Below, piece by piece: positions 38,668 to 52,491 of a DNA stretch of 64,000 nucleotides (its first letter is position 1; each line of letters starts with the position of its first letter). A model generated the notes under the pieces. It did not search any database. It had not been told where the DNA came from and saw nothing but the letters and a program-made list of their open reading frames with translations. The DNA is taken from assembly GCA_964016885.1 (NCBI GenBank), contig OZ024743.1, positions 360,716,001 to 360,780,000 on the forward strand, written 5' to 3'. The stretch is from Eledone cirrhosa. Taxonomy: Eukaryota. A program made the translations under genes and the position numbers.

Positions 38668-40480
38668 AAAGAATGGGGGAGGGAGACGGAGACACACTCT
38701 ACACACCACTCTAAGCGGTAGTTTGAGGAACAATTGGCAGCGAATTATAACATATCAAACAGTCATGTAGAAACACGATCAATAAATCGAGCTACCTTAG
38801 ATTGTAGATTTTAGGACAGGCCAAGCTTCTAATCAAAGTCATTCCTGCCGTCTTCTCATTTTTTATTATTATCTACTGTGGACTTTTATTCAATGATGAT
38901 ATCGTGATATATTTCGTTTTGCTACTATGTCTAACAGTGCGTGGTAGTGCGTAGAAAATTACCCAACGGTTCGCTGTTTTGTTACGTAGATATATGATTG
39001 CATTTATATTGGAATCAAGTGCCCCAAATCTACAACAGTTGTGAAGGTGTGCGTAGGGAAAACTTATTGAGTAAAAATTGCAAATTTGAAAAACTTATTT
39101 ATAATAGCACAAGGAGTGGTGATCTAATACAGAAAATATTATTTAAAAGATATTTAAAAAATACCTGGGCGTATTACTTAACAAAACCATTTGAAGAATA
39201 TGGTACTAAGGAAGAATTTAGGCGTAGACGAAATGTACATCATTAAGTTGACTCTGAATTGGTTTTAACGATCAGTATTTCAGTTGTTCGAACTACTGAA
39301 CTTACAACTAATTGGATTATAATGTTTGTCACATCATTCTACAGACGGCTGTAACCTTAACAATGTTATCACATATATTCACCAGGCAAAAGGCGTTTTA
39401 ATAAAAAAAAATGCAAGTACAATCCAACAGTTGCGTTGCCACATAAGTTATCAACAAAACTACTATAAAAAAAATGTTGATCGATTCAAAACTATTGTAA
39501 GTGACACTAAACATGATACGTTGTGACCATTAGTCTGCTCACTTATAATCAAGGAAAACATATTAAGATGAGTAAATGTAGAGCAGTTAAAGTAATTGAA
39601 TATATATACCATAAGAATGAAAGTCTATATCACATTGTAGTAAAACTTTCGAGAATGCAGCATTAGAATCACTTAAAAGTATATGATATTTCCAATGTTG
39701 GTGACAAGTAAGTCAGGACACCGGAAATAATCAAACAGAGAAAAGAAGCCAGACATTTCATTGACAAAGATTTTCAACTGATAGAGCCACAATTGAAGTG
39801 TGAGTAGATCAAGTCTATGACCCTTGTAACGTATTTGCAAATTGATACAATCTATGAAACTCAATACATTTTAGCACATTAATTTCCTTCTACAGCATGA
39901 ATAGATCTAATAATGGATTTCGCATATAGACAGGCACACGACTTTACACAAGCCAGCAAGGTTTATCTACATGATAAATGAAACTCTTAATAATAGCAGC
40001 CAAATCCCTATCATATTACGGTCTCCCGTCTTCAGAATGGAATGAGTATATTAGAGATTGTAATTAATAGATACAAAATGCCGGAAGATGAATGATGGAA
40101 CGCTTTTACTAATAACTATGATGGTTTTAGGAGGATCTGTGGCCAAGCATCAACATGTACTGAGGCATATGCTGGTCTATCCTCATGAGTTCATATTCTA
40201 TGTAATTTTCAGATAACAATTACGAATCAAAGGTTTGCTATTGTACTAGTGTACTAGTAATACTCTATCGTTAATCACACCAAGAAAAAAGTAATTCAAA
40301 TTTAGACTTTTCATGAATATACATTAAAAAAATGGTTATGCAGAACATTATCTTTTATACTAATTCATTTAGCACCATGAGTTTCGAATATTTGCATCTA
40401 TATCTTCTACGCCTGTTTCAGTATATGAAATATCTTCATTTACAGGCAATCTTAAACATAAATGAATATATATATATATA

Positions 40481-40697
40481 TGAACAGATTCAAGACCCCG
40501 ACGGCTGAGCTCCGGGCGTTTCGACAACTAGATATGAACTAAGCCACCACTCGTGGTTTGGTTCAGATCCTGATGTCAAAATGGCCGGAGTTCAGCCGTG
40601 GGTTTCCTGAATCTTTTCATATTACCCACTCTACTACCCCAAGTATCGAGTACTGTGGCGCCTTATGGTCCACCCGGTAACTTGTCACACCTTCTTT
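40481..40697 (+). mobile_element. Family A element, long-hairpin variant
   Basis: AGATTCAAGACCCCGACGGCTGAGCTCCGG..CCGGAGTTCAGCCGTGGG..TGAATCT plus family tail. Confidence 0.75.
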
Positions 40698-40711
40698 ATA
40701 TATATATATAA

Positions 40712-40768
<57 letters not shown>

Positions 40769-40999
40769 CGTCTTTGTGTGAGTCTGTGTGTTTAGGTATG
40801 TGTGTGCGTGCGTCTTTGTGTGAGTCTGTGTGTTTAGGTGTGTGTATACAGTTATATGTATGTGGGTACGAGCGAAAGAAATGGGCAATCAATACATAAT
40901 GTGTATGCTCAGTATTTATATCAACATTTATACTTGACTCCCAACTACCAGCGAATTCTAGGCGACACTACTTCTAAATAATCAGGTTTCATTTAAGAA

Positions 41000-41960
41000 A
41001 AGCAGAAAAAACAGAGATTAGCATTTGGATCCATCTTATTCAGGGACTCTACTAGCTAGTTCAAATCATGTGGTGGGTTTGATACATCAGCAGTAACACG
41101 AGGAATATTTAATTTCGAGGAATATTTAATCTCGGTACAATCCATGATATCGGGCATGTGATTTCCTTGGGATCCTCTTTGCATCAGTCGGTTTGGTAGA
41201 ACAGTTGAGCTATGTGATTAGTTTTAGTGGATCTCATGTTATTATATTCATGGACTGCGGGCTGGTTCGAGCTGTCTACACTAACATGCAAGTTGGTGGG
41301 ATATAAGGTTGTCTTGCGAGATGCATGGAGTCATTGGTTTGAAGTTATCTCTCAATGCGCTCCTCCGCTGACTGTAAAACTTTAGGTTAGTTTTTCTGTT
41401 GGTGGATATTGTTTGTTTTTACAATATATAGAATCGCTCACAGAAGCATAGTTGACAATGTTGGTTCCCGGAGTGATGTGAGGGCAGTTTTCAGAATGCT
41501 TTAATTTGATGTGGTGGGTGTTAGTATCTTAGCAAATTTCATGGTGGTAAAGACTTGTATTTCCTGTACATAAATGCGCGTGGGTGCTATGGAAATCTAC
41601 CGTTGAACACAATAGCAGTTAAGCCCTTATAGTTCATCCATCCGCAGCGGAGATGAAGGGGGCTATATACAGGATAAATAAGCCTAGGATGAGAGGCACC
41701 TCAGCTACCTCGAAGTAACCCATGGTCACATAGATATGTGGCCCCCTCTCCTTTTTTACTCATTGTGACATGTGGAACAGTGCTGTACAACGTTGCGTTC
41801 AGAATTATATTGATATGGAGGTCGCTGCTCCGAGTGAAGTGATTGCGAAACTTAGGGATTTGAAATGTCTGATAAGACACATAATGTCGAATAGGGTAAT
41901 TCTGTAGGCTGCTTTGTTCTCGATGTCCCGGCAACATCGTTCCGGCCATCACGTATGCAT
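41000..41960 (-). mobile_element. Possible highly decayed PLE RT/EN remnant
   Basis: Only weak motifs: ILNATLYSTVPH (resembles DVxSLYTNIPH) and ENCPHI. Confidence 0.3.
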
Positions 41961-42023
41961 TTGTCTATTCTCCATGAGATAAGTAAAACTGTTTGTATCA
42001 GAAATAACTTTCTTTTTCACATG

Positions 42024-42084
<61 letters not shown>

Positions 42085-42097
42085 ACATATATATATA

Positions 42098-42161
<64 letters not shown>

Positions 42162-42165
<4 letters not shown>

Positions 42166-42228
42166 AAAAGAGTCAGGGTGCCGACGGCTGAGCTTCGGCC
42201 GTTTCAACAGCTAGATCTGAAATAGCCC
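42162..42228 (+). mobile_element. Family A fragment (one hairpin arm)
   Basis: TAGGAAAAGAGTCAGGGTGCCGACGGCTGAGCTTCGGCCGTTTC directly after (TA)n. Confidence 0.6.
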
Positions 42229-42948
42229 AGTATTAGGACGGTAGTAAAATCTAGCTGATATAAATGTATATATATAAAAGTAAATATTGAGTTAGAAACT
42301 GAGAATGGTGCCTTACAATTGAAATAGCTCGAGGAAAAAATTGATCTTTCTTTATTATATTAAATTATATTCTGAGTTTCTAACTGAATACATACTTTTG
42401 ATAAATTCAGCTCCTAGAATTATGTAGTGCTTTTTTAAATGTCGAGTTAATCTCGCTGCTATTTTTAGAAACATACGTTTTACGAGACACGTAAATATGG
42501 TCCCTAAATGTGGTGTAATTTTCTCAAAGAACAGGTAGCATATTATTTAGAATTTAAGTATCAGTAGAATTTGGTCAGATTAAACCTCACCAATACCAAC
42601 ACCAAGTCTATTCAATTTCTGGTTAGGGTTGTTTTTAGCAACCAACTATAATGACTGTATATGCCTATAAAATAGGGGTATTTTGGTCTATGAGACCTAG
42701 CTGTATTAGTGACACTAGTGTTAATATGCTCTTACCACTCATGTGGGGAGTGGTAGTATTGAATTTGATAGTGAAACATTCACATATGTAAACAGATATC
42801 GGTTCGTTTGAGAATGTGTATGCTTGTCAATAGATGTTAAAATTATAAGATGTTAAAATTATAATAATCAGCAGACTACTGATGAGGACATTTTATCTCT
42901 TGGTCTATTTTTATTCACAACCACCCAGCACGCCATTCTTCATTCATT

Positions 42949-43040
<92 letters not shown>

Positions 43041-43041
43041 A

Positions 43042-43498
<457 letters not shown>

Positions 43499-43939
43499 CA
43501 TACACTTATAAGTACATACACACATTTAGACATATATGTACCCCTTAGTAGGGTGAAAATAGTAATAACAGGTACGTCGTATTTACTTATCACAGTTGGT
43601 ATTAACTTTTATGTGCGAAAGGTATTAGGTTGGAGGTAGTTTTCCTTAGAAAACCGGATTATAGACCGCGCGTAGTTGGTGATGCCTGGTTGTATGGAGA
43701 ACCCACGGTAGGACTTTGCCAACGTATATTATCACTCTAAATAGTTAGTGGTTAAATATTTGGATTAGAACTAAGGAAGTGAGAAAGAGGGGGACTCCAT
43801 GATGAGGAAAGACGTGGGTCCAACTGCTCAGGGGTATTTTTAAGAGACAAGAAGAGAAAAGAGGAAATAGGTAAGTTTAGTTGGCGGGGTTGATGTCTCT
43901 GGGACTCAGTGTTGTAGGGTTGCTATCGATATAGCTTGA

Positions 43940-44160
43940 GGAAAGTTCCCGTCCTTAGACCCTCGAGGGTCTCACTCTGACAGAGGCTGCATATGCCAGA
44001 GCCGCCTACGTCTTAAGGTATCTCACCAACCCTGTAACAAACCGAAGAGCACGGGTTCTTGTCCATCTCGAGCTTCCAGATCAGTTCGGAAGAAGCTGCT
44101 ATAATTTTCGGTGTAAGCAGGGGAATGCGTGGCTATGATGAACGCCAATCAGCGTGAGAC
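43940..44160 (-). mobile_element. Decayed PLE GIY-YIG C-terminal fragment
   Basis: Minus strand translates SELIWKL..GICSLCQSETLE, matching SAYIWSL..CDLCAAEALE of PLE1. Confidence 0.55.
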
Positions 44161-44342
44161 AGACTGTTAACATCTCTCCCTTCTTTCGCCGACAAGAAGT
44201 AAGTGACATAGTCACTACTTTAAAACTGATAGCGTATGGTCTTCTAAATGTTTTTAATTAAACATATGGTATAGTGCCAAATATTCCATACATGCATTCA
44301 TATATATATATATAAATATATATATGTATATATATATATATA

Positions 44343-45035
44343 TTCCTGTAAAGAAAAACACACTCTTATGTGACTTTCCCCTCTATATATTGTATTTTAA
44401 ATTGCCCAGGAAAACTTCATTTGAGTTCTCTCTAGTAGTATCGGCCTTCCACATCCTGATTACCCAGAGGGCCGAATTGGAACCCACTTAAAAGGCGAAA
44501 CATTCTCCTGGTGAGTTTGTACATGTGTGACTTAGATATGAGGTTGGTTTCTCATTTTAATTTATACTTTTAATTTTAATGTTTTTCCTATGCTTCTATT
44601 AGCTTTTATTCTATTCACGCTGGTGGTTTCAAATTCCTGTAAAGAAAAACACACTCTTCTGTGTCTTTCCCCTATATATATTGTAGTTTAAAGTGCCTAG
44701 CAAAACTCTTTCCTTTGAGCTCATTTAATTACAGGATTATACGCGAATCCTTAGCTCCGTTATTTTACTTGATATTTGCTCCTTGCCCTCTCTCTGCTGA
44801 TGAGCACCATACATTGAATAGTATAGGCTGCCATCTCTAGCAGCTTGTTCTGTTCATGCCACCGGTTACTCCCTCGCGCACGCATTTCCATTATATCTAC
44901 ACGTGCGATAGGTATTTACTATAGTTCTCTCTAGTAGTGCGGACAATATCGGCCTTCCAGATGCTACCACAGGGCCGAATTGAAACCCACTTAAATGGCG
45001 AAACACACTCTTCTGAGTATTTCCCCTCTATATAT
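44343..45035 (+). repeat. Mosaic of internal direct repeats between (TA)n tracts, with scattered hammerhead-like pieces
   Basis: 44343-44425 matches 44635-44720; 44425-44505 matches 44924-45005; GAAACACActcttcTG(T/A)GT(C/A); CTGATGAGC at ~44797. Confidence 0.55.
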
Positions 45036-45036
45036 T

Positions 45037-45112
<76 letters not shown>

Positions 45113-45555
45113 TGGATGCAAAGTCTCCTAAGATTATTGCAATTGCTTGTCAGATTACAGAAAATGGTGCACCTTTAGGCTACAGCCAGCCACACGAACC
45201 TGTAACATATCCTGAAAAAGCAATGCTTGTACTTTGAAGTTTTTTTAAGTGGGGAAAGGCCTTGCACTTGACCAATCCCACTCCTTCAGCATCGAAAACA
45301 CTACCCGAAAAGGAGAACTGCTCAACATCATAGGATGTTTCAGAAAGCGCAGGTTTTTTTCAGAGTTTCTCTCTGTTAGAAAGGTGTTGTGACAACAACT
45401 AGGGGCCTTTCACTCACAGGTGAAAAAAAAAAAGTATTATTTGGATGGCCATTGACTCTGCTGAGTTCCCCCGCCCTTCACCGGGTCTTGTATTTCATCC
45501 CGCAGGGTGTCCAAATATCAATCTCCTCACCATGCATGCTTGGTGGAGTTGCCGG

Positions 45556-45604
<49 letters not shown>

Positions 45605-45608
<4 letters not shown>

Positions 45609-46014
45609 CAAGAAACGAAGTGGGCTGTGCGGTTACTGTAAACAAAGCGTAAGATAGTGATATGGAAGTAAACAAGAGAAGAAACCCTTCATCAGCTGGT
45701 AACTGCGTTCATAGATGTTTCCGCGCATAAAACAGGACATCGAAATCGATCAGCAGCGCGCCCAAGGACTTTTATCGATGAAAAGGCCATGAGGGAAAGA
45801 AAAGAAAAAATAGTGAAGAGAGAAGAAGAAAGATACAAAAGGAAAGAGAAAGTACGAATTAAACAAACCGAATGGAGGGCGGTCATAGATCAATGGCACA
45901 GGAAAGTGAGTAACCGAGGAGAAAATAGAATAACTTACAACGAACCGATTGGACTTAAGTCCTAGGGTCAAATAACTGCGCTGTTATTCCGTGCGATCTC
46001 AGAAAAGTGGGTGT

Positions 46015-46073
<59 letters not shown>

Positions 46074-46082
46074 GAGGGGGGG

Positions 46083-46120
<38 letters not shown>

Positions 46121-47030
46121 GGAAGTGAATATATTTTTGGAAGTGAATATAACTGCGGAGCAAAGTGAGTGTGATCGCACGGAAAACATTGCTCCGCAGT
46201 TATTTGACCAATCGGTTCGTTGTAACTTTTATAGCAATGTAAATTCCGCAAAAAAGCATAAAAGTGTCAATTTAACATCTATGTCAGAGCTATCGGCAAA
46301 CATTAGTAAAAGGGGAAAACATTGATGGTTGGCTAATAGGTTTCTTTCAAAAGTCTGACGGTATAGTTAGTGTTTGTGCTTAAGCGCTATTATAATATAA
46401 GTTTATATGCCAATACACGTTAACTCTGTATACCGTGCCCTCCATAGCAGCTGTCTGGTAATGCCTGCGAGTAAGTGTGTGTGTATAATGCTTAAACTAT
46501 GAGTAATAGGTCTAATACGGTATCATCGCTATCTGTTCGGCCGGTTCCATAGAGCAATATGTATATTTTAACAAGAATGAAAATATTCCATTACGAACTG
46601 TTTACAGTAATGCAAATATGCAAAGATCTACATAAGGATATTTAGAAAGTGTAAATAACTAAGAAAAATTTATATTTCTACCTAAGGATGCTTGGGTTTT
46701 TTTCTATCTTAGTTTGTAATTGGGAAGGATGTAAAGCCGATCTCTACCCACCTGGGGGATTTGAGGATAAGATATGTCCTATATATTCTGTGTTTACACG
46801 AGGTAACGAGTTCATCCTTTTTGTTTAACAATTGGTCCTTTACAAACAGTATCTGGATCGTTTCCTGCGAGCATAAATTGCACGGACAGCGTCCTCCCGA
46901 ATAAGACTCTGCCTTGGAAAGTAGGCTCCACGTTAGATGACAGGTAATTTTACTGTCTTGGAGGTCCCACATATGGCTAGAAAGTGCCGTAGCGTGTCGC
47001 CGGGCCGGGTTTCTAAATGAATGATGGTGG
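45605..47030 (-). mobile_element. 5'-truncated PLE (PLE4): GIY-YIG C-terminus, 3' UTR and terminal structured motif
   Basis: HHSFRNP..TALSSHMWDL..LTWSLL..CNLCSQE..LLNKKDELVTSCKH; 3' end abuts (TA)n. Confidence 0.85.
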
Positions 47031-47042
47031 CTTCATTAGTAC

Positions 47043-47104
47043 CGGTGGCTTAGTTCGGATCAAGCTTTTGATACGGCCGGAGCTCAGCCGTCGGTGTCCT
47101 GAAT

Positions 47105-47108
<4 letters not shown>
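47043..47108 (+). mobile_element. Family A fragment joined to the 5' truncation of PLE4
   Basis: GTGGCTTAGTTCGGATC..CGGCCGGAGCTCAGCCGTCGGTGTCCTGAATCT matches the right arm of the 40481 copy. Confidence 0.65.
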
Positions 47109-47176
<68 letters not shown>

Positions 47177-48154
47177 GTGAGATAGAGAGAAAGAGAAATA
47201 TATATATATATAAAGAGTAAAGTGGTTATGTTGATAGTTCGATACTCAAATAGATAGACACTCAGTGAGAAGAATATATAAGCAAGTGTGTTCAGATCTT
47301 TTAGAATCTACTCGTTAACATTATAACTTCTAACTGGTTACTTTCTCCTTAAGTTGAAACAACCCCACTGTATGTATATTATAAACCAGTTTTGCCTTTA
47401 ATTTTCATAATCCACCGATGTTCGGTGTCAAGAAATTCCAAGCAACGATTTGTAACGTTTTATCCTCTAATAAATTATTCAATTCTACTTTCGAAATCGA
47501 GTGTTCTCTTGTTCACCCTATCCGCTTAATTGTATACATGAATATATGTATAAATATAATTTATCACTTTTTACAAATATCTAAAGATATTTTCACGATT
47601 TTCTACCTCCGCTAGTTATATCTTCATATAAACCAATTTATTTATATGAAAAGAATATTTCAATTTGACCAGCCAAATATTGGGTCGTCAAGTATAACAT
47701 TTGTAGAAATTTGTTTTTTTTTCTACCAATTTCTGCAAATTTCATACTTGACAACCCAATAAATGATATAATAAAGGGGAGAGCAACATATTTATTCGAA
47801 AGATAAAACAAACAAATGAATTTCTCAGTAATATGAATATTTCTTTCAGAAATACTTCTAGGAAACTATTCATCAAAATGTTAGAAGGTATTGCACACAG
47901 TAACACACACAGACATACATCCATACGTGCGTACAGCACATACATATAAGAAACAAAAACTTAGTTTGTAAATTGTTAATGTGAATCCAGGTGATATAAT
48001 TATCATATTCTAAACTTTCTATGAGTTTTAGTATTATGATGAAACAACAAATAAATACACAAAACTAAAATATAAAAAGGAGCTCATAATCTGTCATGCT
48101 ACTGGCCAATGAATACACGCAGCGATCACTATCACATATAAAAATAAATCTAAA

Positions 48155-48340
48155 TAATTGTTTCTACGTTAGGCACAAGGCCAGCAATAACCCCAGTGTA
48201 TTACTGGTACTTTATTTTATCGACCCCGTAATGATGAAAGGCAAAGTTAACCTCGGCGGGATTTGAACACAGAATGGCAAGGGCCGTAACTCTATGCGTC
48301 AAAGCATGGTGTCCGACCCTCTACCGATACTGCCAATCCA
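48155..48340 (-). mobile_element. tRNA-derived Nin-type SINE
   Basis: Near full-length match to the other copies. Confidence 0.88.
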
Positions 48341-48542
48341 CATCTAAATAATACACACATTTACATACACACATATATATATTCACATACACACATGCAC
48401 ACATATGCAGGTAGATAATTTATAAACATGTTAATATATATTTGCAACGTCGTGAATGATATGGGCAAGTGCAACTCATCGAAGGAAACTGTTAATATTA
48501 CATGAATATACATATATGCATGTGAGTGTGTGTGTATGTGTG

Positions 48543-48592
<50 letters not shown>

Positions 48593-48596
<4 letters not shown>

Positions 48597-48760
48597 AAAA
48601 GGTATGACACCGACGGCAGAGCTCAAGCCGTTTCGACGGCTTGAACTCTGCCGTCGGGGTCATACCTGTTCCTATTACCCACTCTACTACCCTAAGTATT
48701 GAGTACTCTGGTGCGTTATGGTCCATCTGGTTCCTTACAACAATTCACAATTCCTTCGTT
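48593..48760 (+). mobile_element. Family A element
   Basis: GGTATGACACCGACGGCAGAGCTCAAGCCGT-ttcg-ACGGCTTGAACTCTGCCGTCGGGGTCATACC plus tail. Confidence 0.82.
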
Positions 48761-48861
48761 ATATACATATATGTATGTAAAAGGTAAACAGAAATAACAA
48801 CAAATCGGTACAGTATATGGAAGGAATATATTAGGTTAACGCTTGATATAGCAGGAAGAGG

Positions 48862-48896
48862 GTCTTAACGTTTCGGACATTAGTACTTCATCAAAC
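48862..48896 (-). ncRNA. Degenerate minimal hammerhead
   Basis: uUGAUGA-a-GuACuaauGUCC-GAA-ACGU-U; mutated C3 and stem II. Confidence 0.5.
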
Positions 48897-49164
48897 GAAA
48901 GAATGAGAAATAAAATAGATTAAGGGGACGGGCTGGATGGAATTGGAAAAAAATGTCTTTAGATAAAAATAACAGGTCCATTCATGTTGACATTTCTTAC
49001 AAAACTGTTGGGGCTGGCGTTTTGTGTATGATTTGTTTTTTAGAAAAGTGGATGATGGCGCGCGTCTACCTAAAATGGAAAAAAAAAACGTTTTGTAAAA
49101 AGAGCTATACTTGAGCACCTGCGTAAGCATGAGTGTGTTAGTGTGTGTGCGTGTGTGTGTGTGT

Positions 49165-49237
<73 letters not shown>

Positions 49238-49460
49238 CAGTTGAAAAATACAAACTTGACTGTCACCACTGAATATGAACCTGAAGATTGCGAAAGCATG
49301 AAAGTACTTGTACAATTAAGATTTAACATTTCATATTCTACCATAATATTTCATTATAATATCATATTAATTTTAAAGGATTGTAAATAAAACGAAGAAA
49401 TCAGACAAATTTGGAATTCCTTTTATTAATATAATCTTCTATACACAATCATACACACCC

Positions 49461-49546
<86 letters not shown>

Positions 49547-49548
<2 letters not shown>

Positions 49549-49747
49549 CAAAGGAAATGTGGTAAGGAACCAGATGGACCATAACGCACCAGAGTACTCA
49601 CTACTTAAGGTAGTAGAGTGGGAAATAGGAAAAAGTATGACCCCGACGGCAGAGCTCAAGCTGTTTCGACGGCTATTTCTCGTCATACTTTTTCCTATAT
49701 ATATATATAATATATTATATATATATAGGGGTCATACGTTTTCCTAT
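49547..49747 (-). mobile_element. Family A element with two short inverted terminal pieces
   Basis: Reverse tail, one arm, then GTCATACTTTTTCCTATA and GGGGTCATACGTTTTCCTATA separated by TA. Confidence 0.8.
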
Positions 49748-49900
49748 ATATATATATATTTAAAGGTTAAACAAGGTCCAATGAATACATCAATGAATAA
49801 CGTTTTACAATAGATTAGAAGCACTATACATATGGTTTTTCCGGAGTTATTAATATTAATTCAAAATATTAACAAATATAGACATGCGTGTGATCAAGTA

Positions 49901-49967
49901 TATTTTATTATACATATTTCAGAGGTATTGAGCTATCTACAACAGTACGTCCTCATCAGATAATATA
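49901..49967 (-). ncRNA. Type I hammerhead ribozyme (left arm)
   Basis: CUGAUGA-GGacGUACUG..CAAUACcuCU-GAA-AUAUGUAU-A-AUAAAAUA. Confidence 0.75.
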
Positions 49968-52145
49968 AGATGATGTTTGACATACCTTGACTATTTTGAT
50001 GGTTAAAATTCAGTCATGGCGGGAATAAGTTAGGACAAAAACACAATATTTTTTATACCCTAAGATTGAGACATGAAAACATTACATATAATACAAAGGG
50101 TGCGTGTGAGAAAGCTTATAAAGATACATAATAAAAAATAACTACTAATATAATATAAACCTACATAACTGTTAGAAATTTAAATAATTTAAATAAAGTA
50201 ATATATGGATAACACATTATTGTAGAAAGAGGAAGTGAAAGACAGAGAGAGAAACAGATGAGGAAAGAGAGACTTATCTAGAAATATAGAATTATCTTAT
50301 GCACGAAAGCAAAAGAAAAATTGATTAAGGATAGAGAGAAGAGGAGAGAAAAAAAATGTTATAGTATAAAACATAGGGAGGGAGACTTGTATTGTCGTGG
50401 ATAAACAGCGTAAAATTAGATGATGTAAAAATATATATATAAATATATATTTGGGCATAGTTTAGTGAATGATTAATTTCGAATTGTTAAATTATTTAGA
50501 AATAGTCAATCAATCAAAATATCAAATATATATATGGGTGTAGTTATATGACGGTTTATTTTCGAATCCTTAAGTTAATTAGAAATAGTCAATTAATCAA
50601 ATATATATATCCCAGCGCATCCGGATGATCGTTAAATTTCGAATCTTTATGTTAGTTAGAAATAGTGAATTAATCTAATGGCATAAGATGTCTGACTATA
50701 AAATTTATAACGTTTTATATTATAGTATGATATCATATTTAAAGTGTTTACAAATATGAGAAAGAAAAGAATTAAGATTTTCTTCATCCCGAAGATAATC
50801 CAAATTAAATTATATAAATAAAAAAATTTATATAAAAAAAATTTATATTAAAATATAATCATTAATTACTCTTAATAGTGTTATAAATACAGTTTTACAT
50901 CAAGTTAAGTGGAAAAAAGTTAGTTAACTAGGATCGTGTAAGACACAAATATTGTAAATATACAAATCAATCTTCTTGAATCTTAAAATACAAATTCAAA
51001 ATAAATAAATGAATGGTTTACGATTCCATATAAGTGTCAAACATATAATCTATATAATTTAAAAATACAAAAAACCCTGAAAAATTAAATGTATTTAAAC
51101 AATCAAATGATATGCATACTCATCAAAAGATCATGTTAACAATTTATATGTTTATGTAGAACTCTTAATCCAACATTAATCATATCGTAAATAATAACAA
51201 TTATTATAAAGATTTATAATCTGTTATAGTATCGTTTTACGCACTCAGTTGATAATAAACGTCAAAATCAAAACTTATTTATTCAAAACATTTTTTTAAA
51301 TATAATTTAATTTGGATTACCTTCGGGATGAAGAACATCTTAATTCTTTTCTTTCTCATGTTTGCAAACACTTTAAATATGATATCATACTATAATATAA
51401 AACGTTATAAATTTTATAGTCAGACATCTTATGCCATTAGATTAATTCACTATTTCTAACTAACATAAAGATTCGAAATTTAACGATCATCCGGATGCGC
51501 TGGGATATATATATTTGATTAATTGACTATTTCTAATCAACTTAAGGATTCGAAAATAAACCGTCATATAACTACACAACAGATATATATTTGATATTTT
51601 GATTGATTGACTATTTCTAAATAATTTAACGATTCGAAATTAATCATTCACTAAACTATGCCCAAATATATATTTATATATATATTTTTACATCATCTAA
51701 TTATACGCTGTTTATCCACGACAATACAAGTCTCCCTCCCTATGTTTTATACTATAACATTTGTTTCTCTCCTCTTCTCTCTATCCTTAATCAATTTTCT
51801 TTTGCTTTCGTGCATAAGATAATTCTATATTTCTAGATAAGTCTCTCTTTCCTCATCTGTTTCTCTCTCTGTCTTTCACTTCCTCTTTCTACAATAATGT
51901 GTTATCCATATATTACTTTATTTAAATTATTTAAGTTTCTAATAGTTATGTAGGTTCATATTATATTAGTAGTTATTTTTTATTATGTATCTTTATAAGC
52001 TTTCTCACACGCACCCTTTGTATTATATGTAATGTTTTCATGTCTCAATCTTAGGGTATATAAATATTGAACTTTGTCCTAACTCATTCGCAGCCATGAC
52101 TGAATTTTAACCATCAACATAGTCAAGGTATGTCAAGCATCATCT

Positions 52146-52212
52146 TATTTTATCTGATGAGGACGTACTGTTGAAGATAGTTCAGTACCACTGAAATATG
52201 TATAATAAAATA
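52146..52212 (+). ncRNA. Type I hammerhead ribozyme (right arm)
   Basis: UAUUUUAU-CUGAUGA-GGacGUACUG..CAGUACcaCU-GAA-AUAUGUAU-A-AUAAAAUA; perfect 8-bp stem I. Confidence 0.85.
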
Positions 52213-52253
52213 TACTTGATCACACGAATGTCTATATTTGTTAATATTTTGAA

Positions 52254-52301
<48 letters not shown>

Positions 52302-52453
52302 AAGAATTAAAATACTAGAACGTGTTGGAGTTAAACACCCTCTTCATATTATAGAAATGACAGTATAAGATATAGCTCAATGTAATTAAACAGAGCCGAA
52401 GAATTATAAAAAATAAACCAAAGAAGACTTCAATACATCAAAAGTATTTATTA

Positions 52454-52491
52454 GCCAACAATGTTTCGTCCTATTAAGGACTCATCAGGGC
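52454..52491 (-). ncRNA. Canonical minimal type I hammerhead ribozyme
   Basis: GCC-CUGAUGA-GUCCuuaauaGGAC-GAA-ACAUUGU-U-GGC; ~155 nt from a (TA)n junction. Confidence 0.85.

Larger units (their letters stand above)
49853..52260. repeat. Long inverted repeat (arms ~960 bp: 49853-50816 and 51300-52260), PLE 3' region with inverted duplication
   Basis: Arms complementary with scattered substitutions; each carries a hammerhead near its outer end; right end abuts (TA)n. Confidence 0.92.

Noticed and set aside
50430-50680. CRISPR-like spaced repeats
   Set aside because: Degenerate ~80-bp tandem units in a eukaryotic retroelement UTR; no unique spacers or cas genes
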